From the IMG/VR virus record IMGVR_UViG_3300042879_006196, positions 124,001 to 188,000 of that record: a stretch of 64,000 nt of DNA. One strand, written 5' to 3'. Position 1 is the stretch's first letter, and each line of letters starts with the position of its first letter. Below the pieces are notes generated by a model that saw only the letters and a list, made by a program, of their open reading frames with translations, did no database searches and was not told the DNA's origin. The translations under genes and the position numbers were made by a program. Positions 10,275-19,515 of the stretch are shown here, piece after piece.

Positions 10275-11068
10275 ATAAGTTTGCTCAGCAAGGTGTGTCA
10301 TTAAGTCAAGCTATAGAAGAGCTTAAAGCAATTAAAAACTCACCAGATGATGCAAAATTTCATGTAATTGAAAATTTGTGCAGTAATGTTCAAAGCCCGC
10401 AAATAAGCATGAAGCTTATGGAAATCAAAGGGAGCTTGCAGGCTAATGGAGAAATTACTACAATAGATCCTATCAGTGGAAAAAAATATCCAAATGCCAA
10501 TTCAAAAATTGATGAATTAATTTCATATTTGCATGAATTAGAACGAGCAGGAGAAAAACAAAAAATGAGTGGTAATAGTTTTAATTTTAAAAAATTTGCT
10601 CAAGAAAAGCAAAAAGAAAAAAAGAAATCTCGTGGCAATCCTTTTCGTGTTCTCATGGGTAAAATAGGAAAACTTCTTGATCATGGTTTGGAAAAAAAAG
10701 AAATTGTTAGATACTTGAAAAAAGAAAATATTTGGGATGAAAAAACCATAGACAAAGCAGTTGGTATTGTTAAAGAATACAACAAGAAAAAACACAGAAA
10801 AAATAAAAAAGAAGTGGAGGCATCTACACTTCCAAATACTGCTGAAGATTGGGGAAGAGTCAAAAAAGATTATTCAAAAAGATCCACTCCAGAATTAATT
10901 ACTTCAATTTGCTGGCTAAATTCACTTGCAAAAATAGATCCCAAAAAAACTTCCTTTGCTAAAGAGGTTGCAGACCGTTCTGGCGTGAAAACTATGATAA
11001 GAGAGATCAGAGCTGAACTTCTTAAAAGAGATATGTCCGAACAAGTTCTTGATTTCATGATGAAGTGA
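10271..11068 (+). CDS. Hypothetical basic phage protein
   Basis: 265-aa ORF; MNKFAQ and KKFAQ motifs; Lys-rich segment. Confidence 0.6.
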   Translation: MNKFAQQGVSLSQAIEELKAIKNSPDDAKFHVIENLCSNVQSPQISMKLMEIKGSLQANGEITTIDPISGKKYPNANSKIDELISYLHELERAGEKQKMSGNSFNFKKFAQEKQKEKKKSRGNPFRVLMGKIGKLLDHGLEKKEIVRYLKKENIWDEKTIDKAVGIVKEYNKKKHRKNKKEVEASTLPNTAEDWGRVKKDYSKRSTPELITSICWLNSLAKIDPKKTSFAKEVADRSGVKTMIREIRAELLKRDMSEQVLDFMMK

Positions 11069-11072
11069 GAAT

Positions 11073-12155
11073 ATGAAAAAATTAGCTGGAAATGATGTAA
11101 TTGTATTAATGAAAGCTGCTATGTCAGATAATGCAGTGTTAAAAGAGGCTCAAGCTTTAAGCTCTGATAACTTTGATAATGATGATTTATTAGTGAAATA
11201 CTTTTTCAAATCACATCCCCAAGGTTTTGCCTCAAAAAGTTTTCTTTCAAATAACAGAGTTGCAATTTCTTCATCTATTGATTCTTTAACTAAAATTAAA
11301 AAAGAAATTGTAAATCAAGGCTTAAGAAAAGCACACAATCTGATACAGAACATCAATCATTCAGATAATTTAGCTGTAGAACTAGAAAATTCTGTTAGTA
11401 ATTTTGAAAAAGATTCAAGTTTTCAATTACAAGTTAAAGCATCAAATTTATTGAATTTTTTATCTAAATACATTGATGGTGCTAGTCATAAAGAAGCAGC
11501 TAATCAAGCCTGTAAAAAGGTTAATGCTGGTAAACTTGATGAAGCTGTAGAAGACATTAGAAAAATATTTTCTTCAAAAAATCCAGGCGATAACATCAGA
11601 AAAGCCTTCACTACAGTTAAACAACAAATTGGTGAAGGATTCCAAATGTGTCCAAAAGGCATTTATCAGACAGGTTTTCCTGTTCCTATGGAGATTTCAA
11701 ATTGTAGGCATTATTGCATTGATGCTCGTTTACATCCAGATGGAACTGTGGGATGTAACTATCTTAAGTGGCTTAATGAAAATTTAATTACTCAAGAACA
11801 AGCTTTGAATCTTTTTGATAAAATGGATTACGATAAAGATGAAATTGAGTTTATGAATTTAGATAAAGGCGTAAGAACTAAATTCCCTAAATCAGATGAA
11901 GATTCGCAAGATTTAAGAATTTTGAGAGATGAAAAACTTACTAAAGATATTACTATGAAACCTTGGGAAGAGCAACTAGCAAAACAACATGTAAAAGAAA
12001 ATTCATCTGATTATCGTGATTTAACACCCACTAAAAACAGTATTGTAGCTTCAGACGATGCAATTGAAAAAATACTTTCTGATATTAGAGATGTTTTTGA
12101 TGAAAATGACCTAGACACTCTTGAAGAACAAATTAGAGCTGCAGTGGAGAAATAA
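11073..12155 (+). CDS. Hypothetical phage protein with a Cys cluster
   Basis: MCPK...CRHYCID...GCNY. Confidence 0.6.
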   Translation: MKKLAGNDVIVLMKAAMSDNAVLKEAQALSSDNFDNDDLLVKYFFKSHPQGFASKSFLSNNRVAISSSIDSLTKIKKEIVNQGLRKAHNLIQNINHSDNLAVELENSVSNFEKDSSFQLQVKASNLLNFLSKYIDGASHKEAANQACKKVNAGKLDEAVEDIRKIFSSKNPGDNIRKAFTTVKQQIGEGFQMCPKGIYQTGFPVPMEISNCRHYCIDARLHPDGTVGCNYLKWLNENLITQEQALNLFDKMDYDKDEIEFMNLDKGVRTKFPKSDEDSQDLRILRDEKLTKDITMKPWEEQLAKQHVKENSSDYRDLTPTKNSIVASDDAIEKILSDIRDVFDENDLDTLEEQIRAAVEK

Positions 12156-12467
12156 ATGTCTTGGTATCGTCTTGCAAAAGATTATTTAGATGAATATGCA
12201 TCTCAAATACAATCTGCAGAAAAGGCAAACTTTACAAATTCGCCCGATGTTTTTCAAGAAGAAGAAATTGTTCCATTTAATTTAGAAAACGAATTAGATT
12301 TGATGAGACAAAATAAAATCACAAATCCTAAACTCTTAAATGAAATTAGACAACCTGTAAAATTAAAATCTTCAGGGCAAGGAATAAATGGTCTTGTAGG
12401 TGCAAACAAGGATTTACCCATTTATTCTGACAACTTTACAAAAACCACTGATTGGAACACAAACTAG
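12156..12467 (+). CDS. Hypothetical small protein
   Basis: Starts MSWYRLAK; abuts the upstream ORF. Confidence 0.55.
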   Translation: MSWYRLAKDYLDEYASQIQSAEKANFTNSPDVFQEEEIVPFNLENELDLMRQNKITNPKLLNEIRQPVKLKSSGQGINGLVGANKDLPIYSDNFTKTTDWNTN

Positions 12468-12522
12468 GTTAATCTGAACTAATTTTATAAAAATTAATGT
12501 ACAAAAGCAAAGGAGTGAAAAT

Positions 12523-14901
12523 TTGTCTAACAATATAAATTCAATGCCAACATTAGCCTCTGTAATGACAGATGCAGCAAGAAAAGTAGTTGGAAAAACA
12601 CAATCTGGAAATTCCAGCATGAAAGAATCTGGAAGACAATGGGCAGAGCTTAGATTAGCAAAATCAATTGGTGCTTCAAATAGAGGCTATGGCACAATGC
12701 CATCATTCGAGAAATTGGGACAAATGTCTACAGGGGGTATGCTTAATAATACTACCACACAACCTAATTTTTATAGCCCTTTTCTTACTCCTTCTTCTTT
12801 TCAAATTCCTAATACTAGAAAAGAAATTTATTTATGGTCAAACTGGTGGCGATTAAATGAGCCAAAAGTTGCCGCTGGTATTGATTTTTATAAAAATTTT
12901 CCTTTCAACGGTTGGAAATTAGAATGTAAATCGGGAGTAGTAAAAGATTATTTTGAAAAACTAATTGAAAAATTAAATTTTCAAAAAATGTTGCCATTGA
13001 TTTCTGGTGATTATTATCTCTACGGAGATGCTTTTGTATTCACTGAAATTGATTGCCCCCACTGTGGCGGTGGCATGATTGATTTAAAAACTGGAAATGA
13101 ATGTGAGCACAAAGGGGCTTCTTGGAAATCTATGGTCACATTAAATCCAGATTCTGTTCAAATCACAGCAGGCTTTATTACCACTGAGCCTGTATATGCT
13201 TACTTACCTAACGATCAGGAAGTAAGGATTGTAATGGAAAAAAATCCCAAAGAAGTGTATGATAAAATTCCTGATCAAGTCAAAGCAAAAATAATGGCTA
13301 GACAGCCAATCACTTTAAACCCAATTTCTATTCATCATTTCAAGCATGGCTCAGAATACTGGAATGACTATGGTGTATCATTGGTTAAGCCATTAATGGT
13401 CACCTTGGCTTACAAAGATAAACTTAGACAGGCACAATGGCTTATAGCTGAAAGACATATTATACCCACTAAAATTGTAATGGTTGGTGATGATAATCGC
13501 CCTGCATCTCAAGCAGATTTAGATTCTGTTCAAGAGCAGCTTTCAGCTGTCGCTAACGACCCCAATCTTACGTTAGTTGTTCCTCACGCTTTTAAATATG
13601 AATTTGTTGGCGCATCAAGCCAAATATTGAATGTAGCTGCTGAATTTGAGCAATTAGATCAAGAAATACTTGATGGCTTAATGTTAAACAAAGGACTTTT
13701 AAATGGAGAAGGTCCAAACTATGGTAGTGCTCAAGTTGGCTTACTTGCTATGAACGAAAGGCTTGAAAGCTGGCGAAGAGAAATGCAACACTTTATAGAA
13801 CAAAAAATATTCAAGCCTTGTGCAGAATGGAACGGGTTCTATGCTTCTGGGGAAGCTGGTCAAGAAGAGCTCATTTATCCAAAGATTATTTTTGATCCTT
13901 TAAGACTTAAAGATAACACTGGACAGCTTCAAATGATGGTTACCGCACAGCAAAATGGAGTTGTTTCTGCAGAAACTTTAGTCGAAGAATTTGGATTGAA
14001 TTGGGATCAAGAAGTAGAAAGACTGCGTTTCGAACAAGGAATGAATTTTGTAAATGCTCCTGAAGTTATGGATACAGATATGAACATAGGTTTCGGAGGG
14101 GTGACAGGAGCTGGATTTGGTGGCGGTCCTTTAAATCAACCACTTACACCTGGAGCTGAGGGCGGAGACTTGGGAATGGGCGAGATGCCTCCAGCAGGGG
14201 GAGATATTACTGGTGGCGCTCCAGCTACTGCTCCAGCTCCAGAAGCTCCTATGCCACCTGCTACAGCAGATACTATTTATAAACAATATAAATTTGCTTC
14301 AAATCTTGTAAATGAAATCTGTTATAATAGAACTGCTTTAGCTAAATTGGAAGAAAGAAATTATTTGAGTGAAATAGACAGAGAACTTAATGAAAGATTT
14401 GCAGTAACAGGTAGAAGCTATTTTAAAGAAATACCTGTAGACTTAGAGCCAGCAGAACCTTGGAATTGGAAAGGTGCTGGTGTACCAGAAAACTATGAGG
14501 CTGTAAAATTAGTAAAAGCTTCTAAAGTAAAAAACAAGAGCATTATTGGTTACACAGGTTTAGAGAAAAAACTTTATAAACTTATAATGAGTATGCAACC
14601 ACCTTTGGCATTCTACGCTCAATATGAAGCAGGTCCAGGAAAGGAATATATTTTAGACGGTGCTTTTCCACAAATAAAATTAGCGATTGAAGCTGATGGT
14701 GAGATTTGGCATAATAATGAAAACAAAATAAAATCTGACCAGCACAGAGACACAAACTTATCAAGACAAGGATGGACTGTTTTAAGATTTACAGATAAAG
14801 AAATTGAAAGACAGCCAAAAGATGTTGCTATGGTAATAAAACAAGCAATGCAAAAACTTTTAGGCAGTCTTTCAGGTGAACCTGGTGATCAATTTATTTG
14901 A
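12523..14901 (+). CDS. Portal protein with C-terminal DUF559/Vsr-like endonuclease domain
   Basis: Located between terL and the protease; portal-like segments (EPKVAAGIDFY, YYLYGDAFV, IHHFKH...YGVSLVKP); Pro/Gly/Ala linker; C-terminal LDGAFPQIKLAIEADGEIWH...DQHRDTNLSRQGWTVLRF. Confidence 0.85.
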   Translation: MSNNINSMPTLASVMTDAARKVVGKTQSGNSSMKESGRQWAELRLAKSIGASNRGYGTMPSFEKLGQMSTGGMLNNTTTQPNFYSPFLTPSSFQIPNTRKEIYLWSNWWRLNEPKVAAGIDFYKNFPFNGWKLECKSGVVKDYFEKLIEKLNFQKMLPLISGDYYLYGDAFVFTEIDCPHCGGGMIDLKTGNECEHKGASWKSMVTLNPDSVQITAGFITTEPVYAYLPNDQEVRIVMEKNPKEVYDKIPDQVKAKIMARQPITLNPISIHHFKHGSEYWNDYGVSLVKPLMVTLAYKDKLRQAQWLIAERHIIPTKIVMVGDDNRPASQADLDSVQEQLSAVANDPNLTLVVPHAFKYEFVGASSQILNVAAEFEQLDQEILDGLMLNKGLLNGEGPNYGSAQVGLLAMNERLESWRREMQHFIEQKIFKPCAEWNGFYASGEAGQEELIYPKIIFDPLRLKDNTGQLQMMVTAQQNGVVSAETLVEEFGLNWDQEVERLRFEQGMNFVNAPEVMDTDMNIGFGGVTGAGFGGGPLNQPLTPGAEGGDLGMGEMPPAGGDITGGAPATAPAPEAPMPPATADTIYKQYKFASNLVNEICYNRTALAKLEERNYLSEIDRELNERFAVTGRSYFKEIPVDLEPAEPWNWKGAGVPENYEAVKLVKASKVKNKSIIGYTGLEKKLYKLIMSMQPPLAFYAQYEAGPGKEYILDGAFPQIKLAIEADGEIWHNNENKIKSDQHRDTNLSRQGWTVLRFTDKEIERQPKDVAMVIKQAMQKLLGSLSGEPGDQFI

Positions 14902-15190
14902 ATAGATTTTTTAGAGAATTAAAAATTCTACTAAGAAATGATCCAGTGTTGGTTTCAGATTGTGTGTTGGAGTTAACCAAGTTAGAATCAGCATTAACAC
15001 TAGAAGGTTTTTCTATTAAAGGAACATTAACAATCACGTCCATTGTTTCTTCAACAAGATTAAGATTATTTGTTTTGATGTAATCCAGCGCTTCTTGCTT
15101 ACTTTTAAAAACTCGAAGTGCTCGCTTCCCACCTTCTTTGATCACGGAATATTTCCCATCATTTTCTTTTAATCGCACAGAATTATTCAT
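14894..15190 (-). CDS. DUF2188-like small protein (start probably ATG at 15190)
   Basis: DGKYSVIKEGGKRALRVFKSKQEA pattern. Confidence 0.55.
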   Translation of the reverse strand: MNNSVRLKENDGKYSVIKEGGKRALRVFKSKQEALDYIKTNNLNLVEETMDVIVNVPLIEKPSSVNADSNLVNSNTQSETNTGSFLSRIFNSLKNLFK

Positions 15191-15244
15191 TAAATTAATA
15201 TACGACAAGGATTAGGAAAAGTTTAAAAGAAATATAAATTAAGC

Positions 15245-18200
15245 ATGATTAAAAGAGGCATAAGCGGTGGCATGATTTCAATTAGTTCTCTTATAGACAA
15301 AAATGAGAGAACAGCTTTAGGTAATAATTTTATGGTAAAAACCTCGTCGTCAATTAGAGAAGCTGCAAAAATTGGTTTGCAGTCTCTTTATGCAAATGCA
15401 GATGAGGTTTTGGAAAAATATAAAGATTTTGACATCATCAAAGAAATGAAAAAAAGAAACGGGGCAAATTTGCTTTGGGTAAGAGCCAGATCAATTGATG
15501 CTGATGTTTGTAATACAAATGGTGATTATTTCAGTGAAGAAGAGCTGACCAAAGAAGTGAATTATCAAGGTAAAAAAATGCCTGCATATAAAACTTTCGA
15601 GGGTGTGCCTATTTACACAAACCATAAAAATGACAACATTGAAGAAGCAAAAGGAATGGTTGTCTATGCAGAGTGGGATGATGAAGAAAAATGTGTTTAT
15701 TGTGTGTTTTTCATTGATGAAGATGCATATCCAGACATTGCTAGAGGAGTAAGACAAGGATACATTCATGATGTATCTATGGGATGCTCAGTTGACGAGG
15801 GTGTGTGTTCTATTTGCGGAAATAAAGCTACCACTGAAAGAGATTATTGCGATTGCTTAAAAAAGTACAAAGGCAAAATGCATCCTTCTGGAAAAAAAGC
15901 ATTTGAGTACAACTACGGAATTAAATTTATTGAATTGTCATGCGTGGGTGACGGAGCTTTTGAATCTTGTGAAATAATTGAACTTTATGATCAAGAAGAA
16001 TTGTTGCAAAAAGCAGAAGCTGCTATTAAAACTGCAAGATCAATTAATTCATCAATTGTTGTTGCGGCTTCATTAAATGAAGGCATAAGTAGCCAGAGAG
16101 AAGTGGAATCTGCTTTAAGACAGTTACAAAATCTTAATGCCAGCATAATTAAAATTGCACAAACAGCTGGTACTTTAGTTGGTGGGCAATTAATTGCAGG
16201 CGCTGGTGCTCAAAATGCCACAGTTGTTAAAGTTCTTCAAGGATTAGGAATTGATCCTAGTAGTAGCTTAAATATTCTAGACTTAGTAAATCTTGCACTC
16301 AACTTTCTTGAAGTGGCTGTATTAAATTTATTTTCAAGAAAAGATAATATTGATCTGGGTCACGTTGCAAAACTCACAAAAGCAATGGGCGAGCTTCAAA
16401 ATACATTACAAGACATGATTGATGATGGAATTGAAACAGCTGGGCAAAAAAATGCTCAGCCAATGGTTCCAGCATCACCTCAGATTCCTGCTGGTCAAAC
16501 TCCCGCACAACCTGCACCTGAAGCTGGTGCGCCTGTAGGACAAGAAGCCGCGCCTGCTCTTCCAACACAAACTGCAGAATTTCAAACCCCAGCTGTAGGC
16601 AAAATGATTGCTCCTTTTTCTCAACAACAATATGTTATGCCTTTGGGGGGTGGAGTAAGCGCAAGCAACAACAATACTCGTTTTGTTTGGGCATCTGCAA
16701 ATGGAGATGTTGAGGAAATTGTTGAACACAAAAAACACAATTTGAATAAAATTGGAAAATTAGCTATAGCTATAGACAATTTAAGGGAAGCCTGTGGGAT
16801 TCCCTTAAAAAATAATGAGGTGACTTTTAATGTTCCTCAGAATGATAAAATAACAGCTTCTACTGGAGACAAAAAAATTATGGATCACTTCAAAAAAATT
16901 GCTCAGGATTTGAAAAAACAAAATACAGCGACACTCGCAGTTGATATCAAAGTAGACGACAACACAGGAAACAGAGTTGTTCTTTCTACAGAAAAAGGTA
17001 TTAAAGGCTATCACAATGGCAAACTTACCACTTGGACACCAAATTTAACTGATACTCAATTTGCCCAACTGGAAAATGGTGATGGCTACAGGGTCGCTGC
17101 TGATTTACTTAAAGATTTTTCAAATACAGTCCGCACTGCTCAAAAGAATCAAGAAATTGATACTTTGATTGTAATGGATGAATATGTTTCAGGTGCAAGA
17201 ACTGATGAACATGTTTTTATTGTTGATGGAATTAAAAATGATCACAGAAAAGATAGTGGTCACACTATGCAAGAAAGAATTGATGCGCGAAGACATAATA
17301 AAGTAGAAGACAGCGTTATGGAAGAGTTGTTAAGTGGTCAACAAACACATAAATTAGTTCGTGTAGTCACAGAGCTATCAAATCAAGCTAAAAAAGGTCT
17401 TGGGCATGTACCACTTGAAGAAATGCTTCATCCTGATTTTGGACATTCGGTTGTACCTGGAAAAGAAATTATGTGCAACGTTATGGATGGTGTTGTCAAA
17501 ACATGTTTAGCAACAAAACAATCTCCAGAAAATGTACTTGGATTCTTAACTAAATCTGCATCTGACAAAAACTTTGGAAAAATTCTCAAACTTGCAAGAC
17601 TCGGAAAAGAGGCTAGAGAATATGATTTAATTATGAATAAGTTTGCGCAAACAGACTTACAACTTAAGGATGAAGTACCACCTGTAGAAAATCCTGCCCT
17701 AACTCCTGAAACTGAAGAAGTGCCTATGGAACAAAAGGCATTAGAGGATGTAGCTGATACAGCATCTGAAGAAACCACTGAAGGTGAAATCATCTCTGCA
17801 CTAAATGTAATCAAAGAAAATTTTGAAACAGCAGTAGAAAAACTCACAGAAATTCTTGATAAAATGTCGCCTGAATCTATGGACAAAGAAGATGAAATGA
17901 AGGGTGCTCTTGAAGATGAAGAAATGGTTGACAATGATGCAATGAAAGGTGCAGTCACAGGTTTATCTTTGGCAGGAGATGAAATGAATGCCACTCCAGA
18001 TGAGATGATTGGTGCGGTAAATAACATGTCTGCTGACGATATGGCTTCTGGAATTGAAGAAGCCAGATTGCCAAATAGAGCAGTGGCTAGAGCCAAAAGT
18101 TTGACACGATCTGCATCTAAGAAAAATATTAATGAAAACATAATTGGTTGGCTTGCAGATGTTGCAAATCAAAATAATATTCCTACAGAAAAAATTGCTT

Positions 18201-19453
18201 TAGCTGCTAAATTATTCTGCTCATACAAAGAAGCAGCAAGAGGTGTTTTGAGCAAATCAATTAAAACATCAGCCATTAAGGTTGTTGATGAAACCACACA
18301 TTCTACAACAATTTATGCAACATTGAAAGACATTGGAGCCAATGTGAAAGATGCGGCATTTAATGATAAGTTTAGAGATTTTGCAGTAGATTTGCTTTCA
18401 AATTCTGGCTATGCTGTTGATCCAAACACTTTTGCTTTAACAGATATTTGTGTTAATGAAGATGGAACAGTTTGCGGAAAAGTTAGCACAAGAGCAACAA
18501 AAACATTTAATCCAGAAATGCCTATGGATGAGATTGTGTCAGATAGTTACATTGATCCAGATAGATCTATGATGTCACAAGAACCAGAAATGGGGATGGG
18601 CATGGAAGAAGTTGGTGAAATTTTTGAGCCAGCTATGATGGTTATGTCTGATTCATATAAATCAATGAATAGAATTTCAAGATTGCAAAATCTCGTCAGA
18701 ATAGCACAAGGACTTGGTTTACCAGGCGCACCTGGCACTGCAGGTGCTCCAGCTGCTCCAGCTGCACCTGCAGAAGATCCATTAGGTGGAATGGCAGGTG
18801 GAGCTGCTGACTTAGGAGTTGGTTCACTGACAGGCACATCTCCTGAAATGGGTCTTGATGATCTAGGAATTAACGAATCACCTGAGCCAGGAAATAAAGC
18901 TCCTTGGGGGACAATATGTCCTCAATGTGGTTCCAAAGACATTGATGTTGCAAATGGAACAGGAAATTGTAACTCATGTCAAGCACAACTTACTTATAAA
19001 TTCATTGTTGAAGTTGCACCTCCAGATGAGAAAGGTCCAGAAGGCATGGAAATGCCAGAAGCACCAGCTACCCCTCCTGCTCCAGAGGGAGGGATTGGTG
19101 CTGCAGAAGCTGGTTTAGGTGGGTTGCCACCAGCGCCACCAGCGCCAGCTGCACCTGCTGCGCCTGGTGCTCCTGCAGCTCCTGCTTTAGCTTCGAATCG
19201 AAGAATTATGACAAGAGTAGCTTACAAAACTTCTGCACAAGTTTACGCAGAAGCACTAAACGAAGGATTTGTAAAAGAAGCCGCTTCAAAACTACCAGTT
19301 GGAATGATTTGTCCATCTTGTGGTTCTAGAAAAGCTTCAAAAATTTCTAAGTCAACATACTGCTATAGCTGTGGAACAGTGGCTGTAGCTAGTGTTAAAA
19401 AACTTGAAAATGAACCAGGAATGCTTGAAGCAAGCATTGTTTGGATGCAATAA
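15245..19453 (+). CDS. Prohead (capsid maturation) protease with a long scaffold-like extension and Zn ribbons
   Basis: N-terminal NTNGDYF...TFEGVPIYTNH...DVSMGC...CSICGN...FIELSCV protease-like domain; C-terminal CPQC/CNSC and CPSC/CYSC; lies between portal and capsid. Confidence 0.8.
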   Translation: MIKRGISGGMISISSLIDKNERTALGNNFMVKTSSSIREAAKIGLQSLYANADEVLEKYKDFDIIKEMKKRNGANLLWVRARSIDADVCNTNGDYFSEEELTKEVNYQGKKMPAYKTFEGVPIYTNHKNDNIEEAKGMVVYAEWDDEEKCVYCVFFIDEDAYPDIARGVRQGYIHDVSMGCSVDEGVCSICGNKATTERDYCDCLKKYKGKMHPSGKKAFEYNYGIKFIELSCVGDGAFESCEIIELYDQEELLQKAEAAIKTARSINSSIVVAASLNEGISSQREVESALRQLQNLNASIIKIAQTAGTLVGGQLIAGAGAQNATVVKVLQGLGIDPSSSLNILDLVNLALNFLEVAVLNLFSRKDNIDLGHVAKLTKAMGELQNTLQDMIDDGIETAGQKNAQPMVPASPQIPAGQTPAQPAPEAGAPVGQEAAPALPTQTAEFQTPAVGKMIAPFSQQQYVMPLGGGVSASNNNTRFVWASANGDVEEIVEHKKHNLNKIGKLAIAIDNLREACGIPLKNNEVTFNVPQNDKITASTGDKKIMDHFKKIAQDLKKQNTATLAVDIKVDDNTGNRVVLSTEKGIKGYHNGKLTTWTPNLTDTQFAQLENGDGYRVAADLLKDFSNTVRTAQKNQEIDTLIVMDEYVSGARTDEHVFIVDGIKNDHRKDSGHTMQERIDARRHNKVEDSVMEELLSGQQTHKLVRVVTELSNQAKKGLGHVPLEEMLHPDFGHSVVPGKEIMCNVMDGVVKTCLATKQSPENVLGFLTKSASDKNFGKILKLARLGKEAREYDLIMNKFAQTDLQLKDEVPPVENPALTPETEEVPMEQKALEDVADTASEETTEGEIISALNVIKENFETAVEKLTEILDKMSPESMDKEDEMKGALEDEEMVDNDAMKGAVTGLSLAGDEMNATPDEMIGAVNNMSADDMASGIEEARLPNRAVARAKSLTRSASKKNINENIIGWLADVANQNNIPTEKIALAAKLFCSYKEAARGVLSKSIKTSAIKVVDETTHSTTIYATLKDIGANVKDAAFNDKFRDFAVDLLSNSGYAVDPNTFALTDICVNEDGTVCGKVSTRATKTFNPEMPMDEIVSDSYIDPDRSMMSQEPEMGMGMEEVGEIFEPAMMVMSDSYKSMNRISRLQNLVRIAQGLGLPGAPGTAGAPAAPAAPAEDPLGGMAGGAADLGVGSLTGTSPEMGLDDLGINESPEPGNKAPWGTICPQCGSKDIDVANGTGNCNSCQAQLTYKFIVEVAPPDEKGPEGMEMPEAPATPPAPEGGIGAAEAGLGGLPPAPPAPAAPAAPGAPAAPALASNRRIMTRVAYKTSAQVYAEALNEGFVKEAASKLPVGMICPSCGSRKASKISKSTYCYSCGTVAVASVKKLENEPGMLEASIVWMQ

Positions 19454-19515
19454 AGGAGAATTGATAAGGTTAATAGAAAGATTAAATATCGACTATAAAA
19501 CAATAGGATAAAAAA

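Noticed and set aside
14500-14901. Intein or intron-encoded homing endonuclease in the portal
   Set aside because: The domain is terminal and in frame, with no C1/HN splice motifs and no downstream extein.
17428-18141. 237-aa antisense ORF inside the protease gene, and similar short antisense or alternative-frame ORFs throughout
   Set aside because: They are fully nested in long coding genes, have Ser/Phe-rich mirror composition and show no motifs.
18700-19190. GC-rich CCAGC/GCACCT repeats
   Set aside because: They are explained by Pro/Ala-rich protein linkers and are not an independent DNA element.
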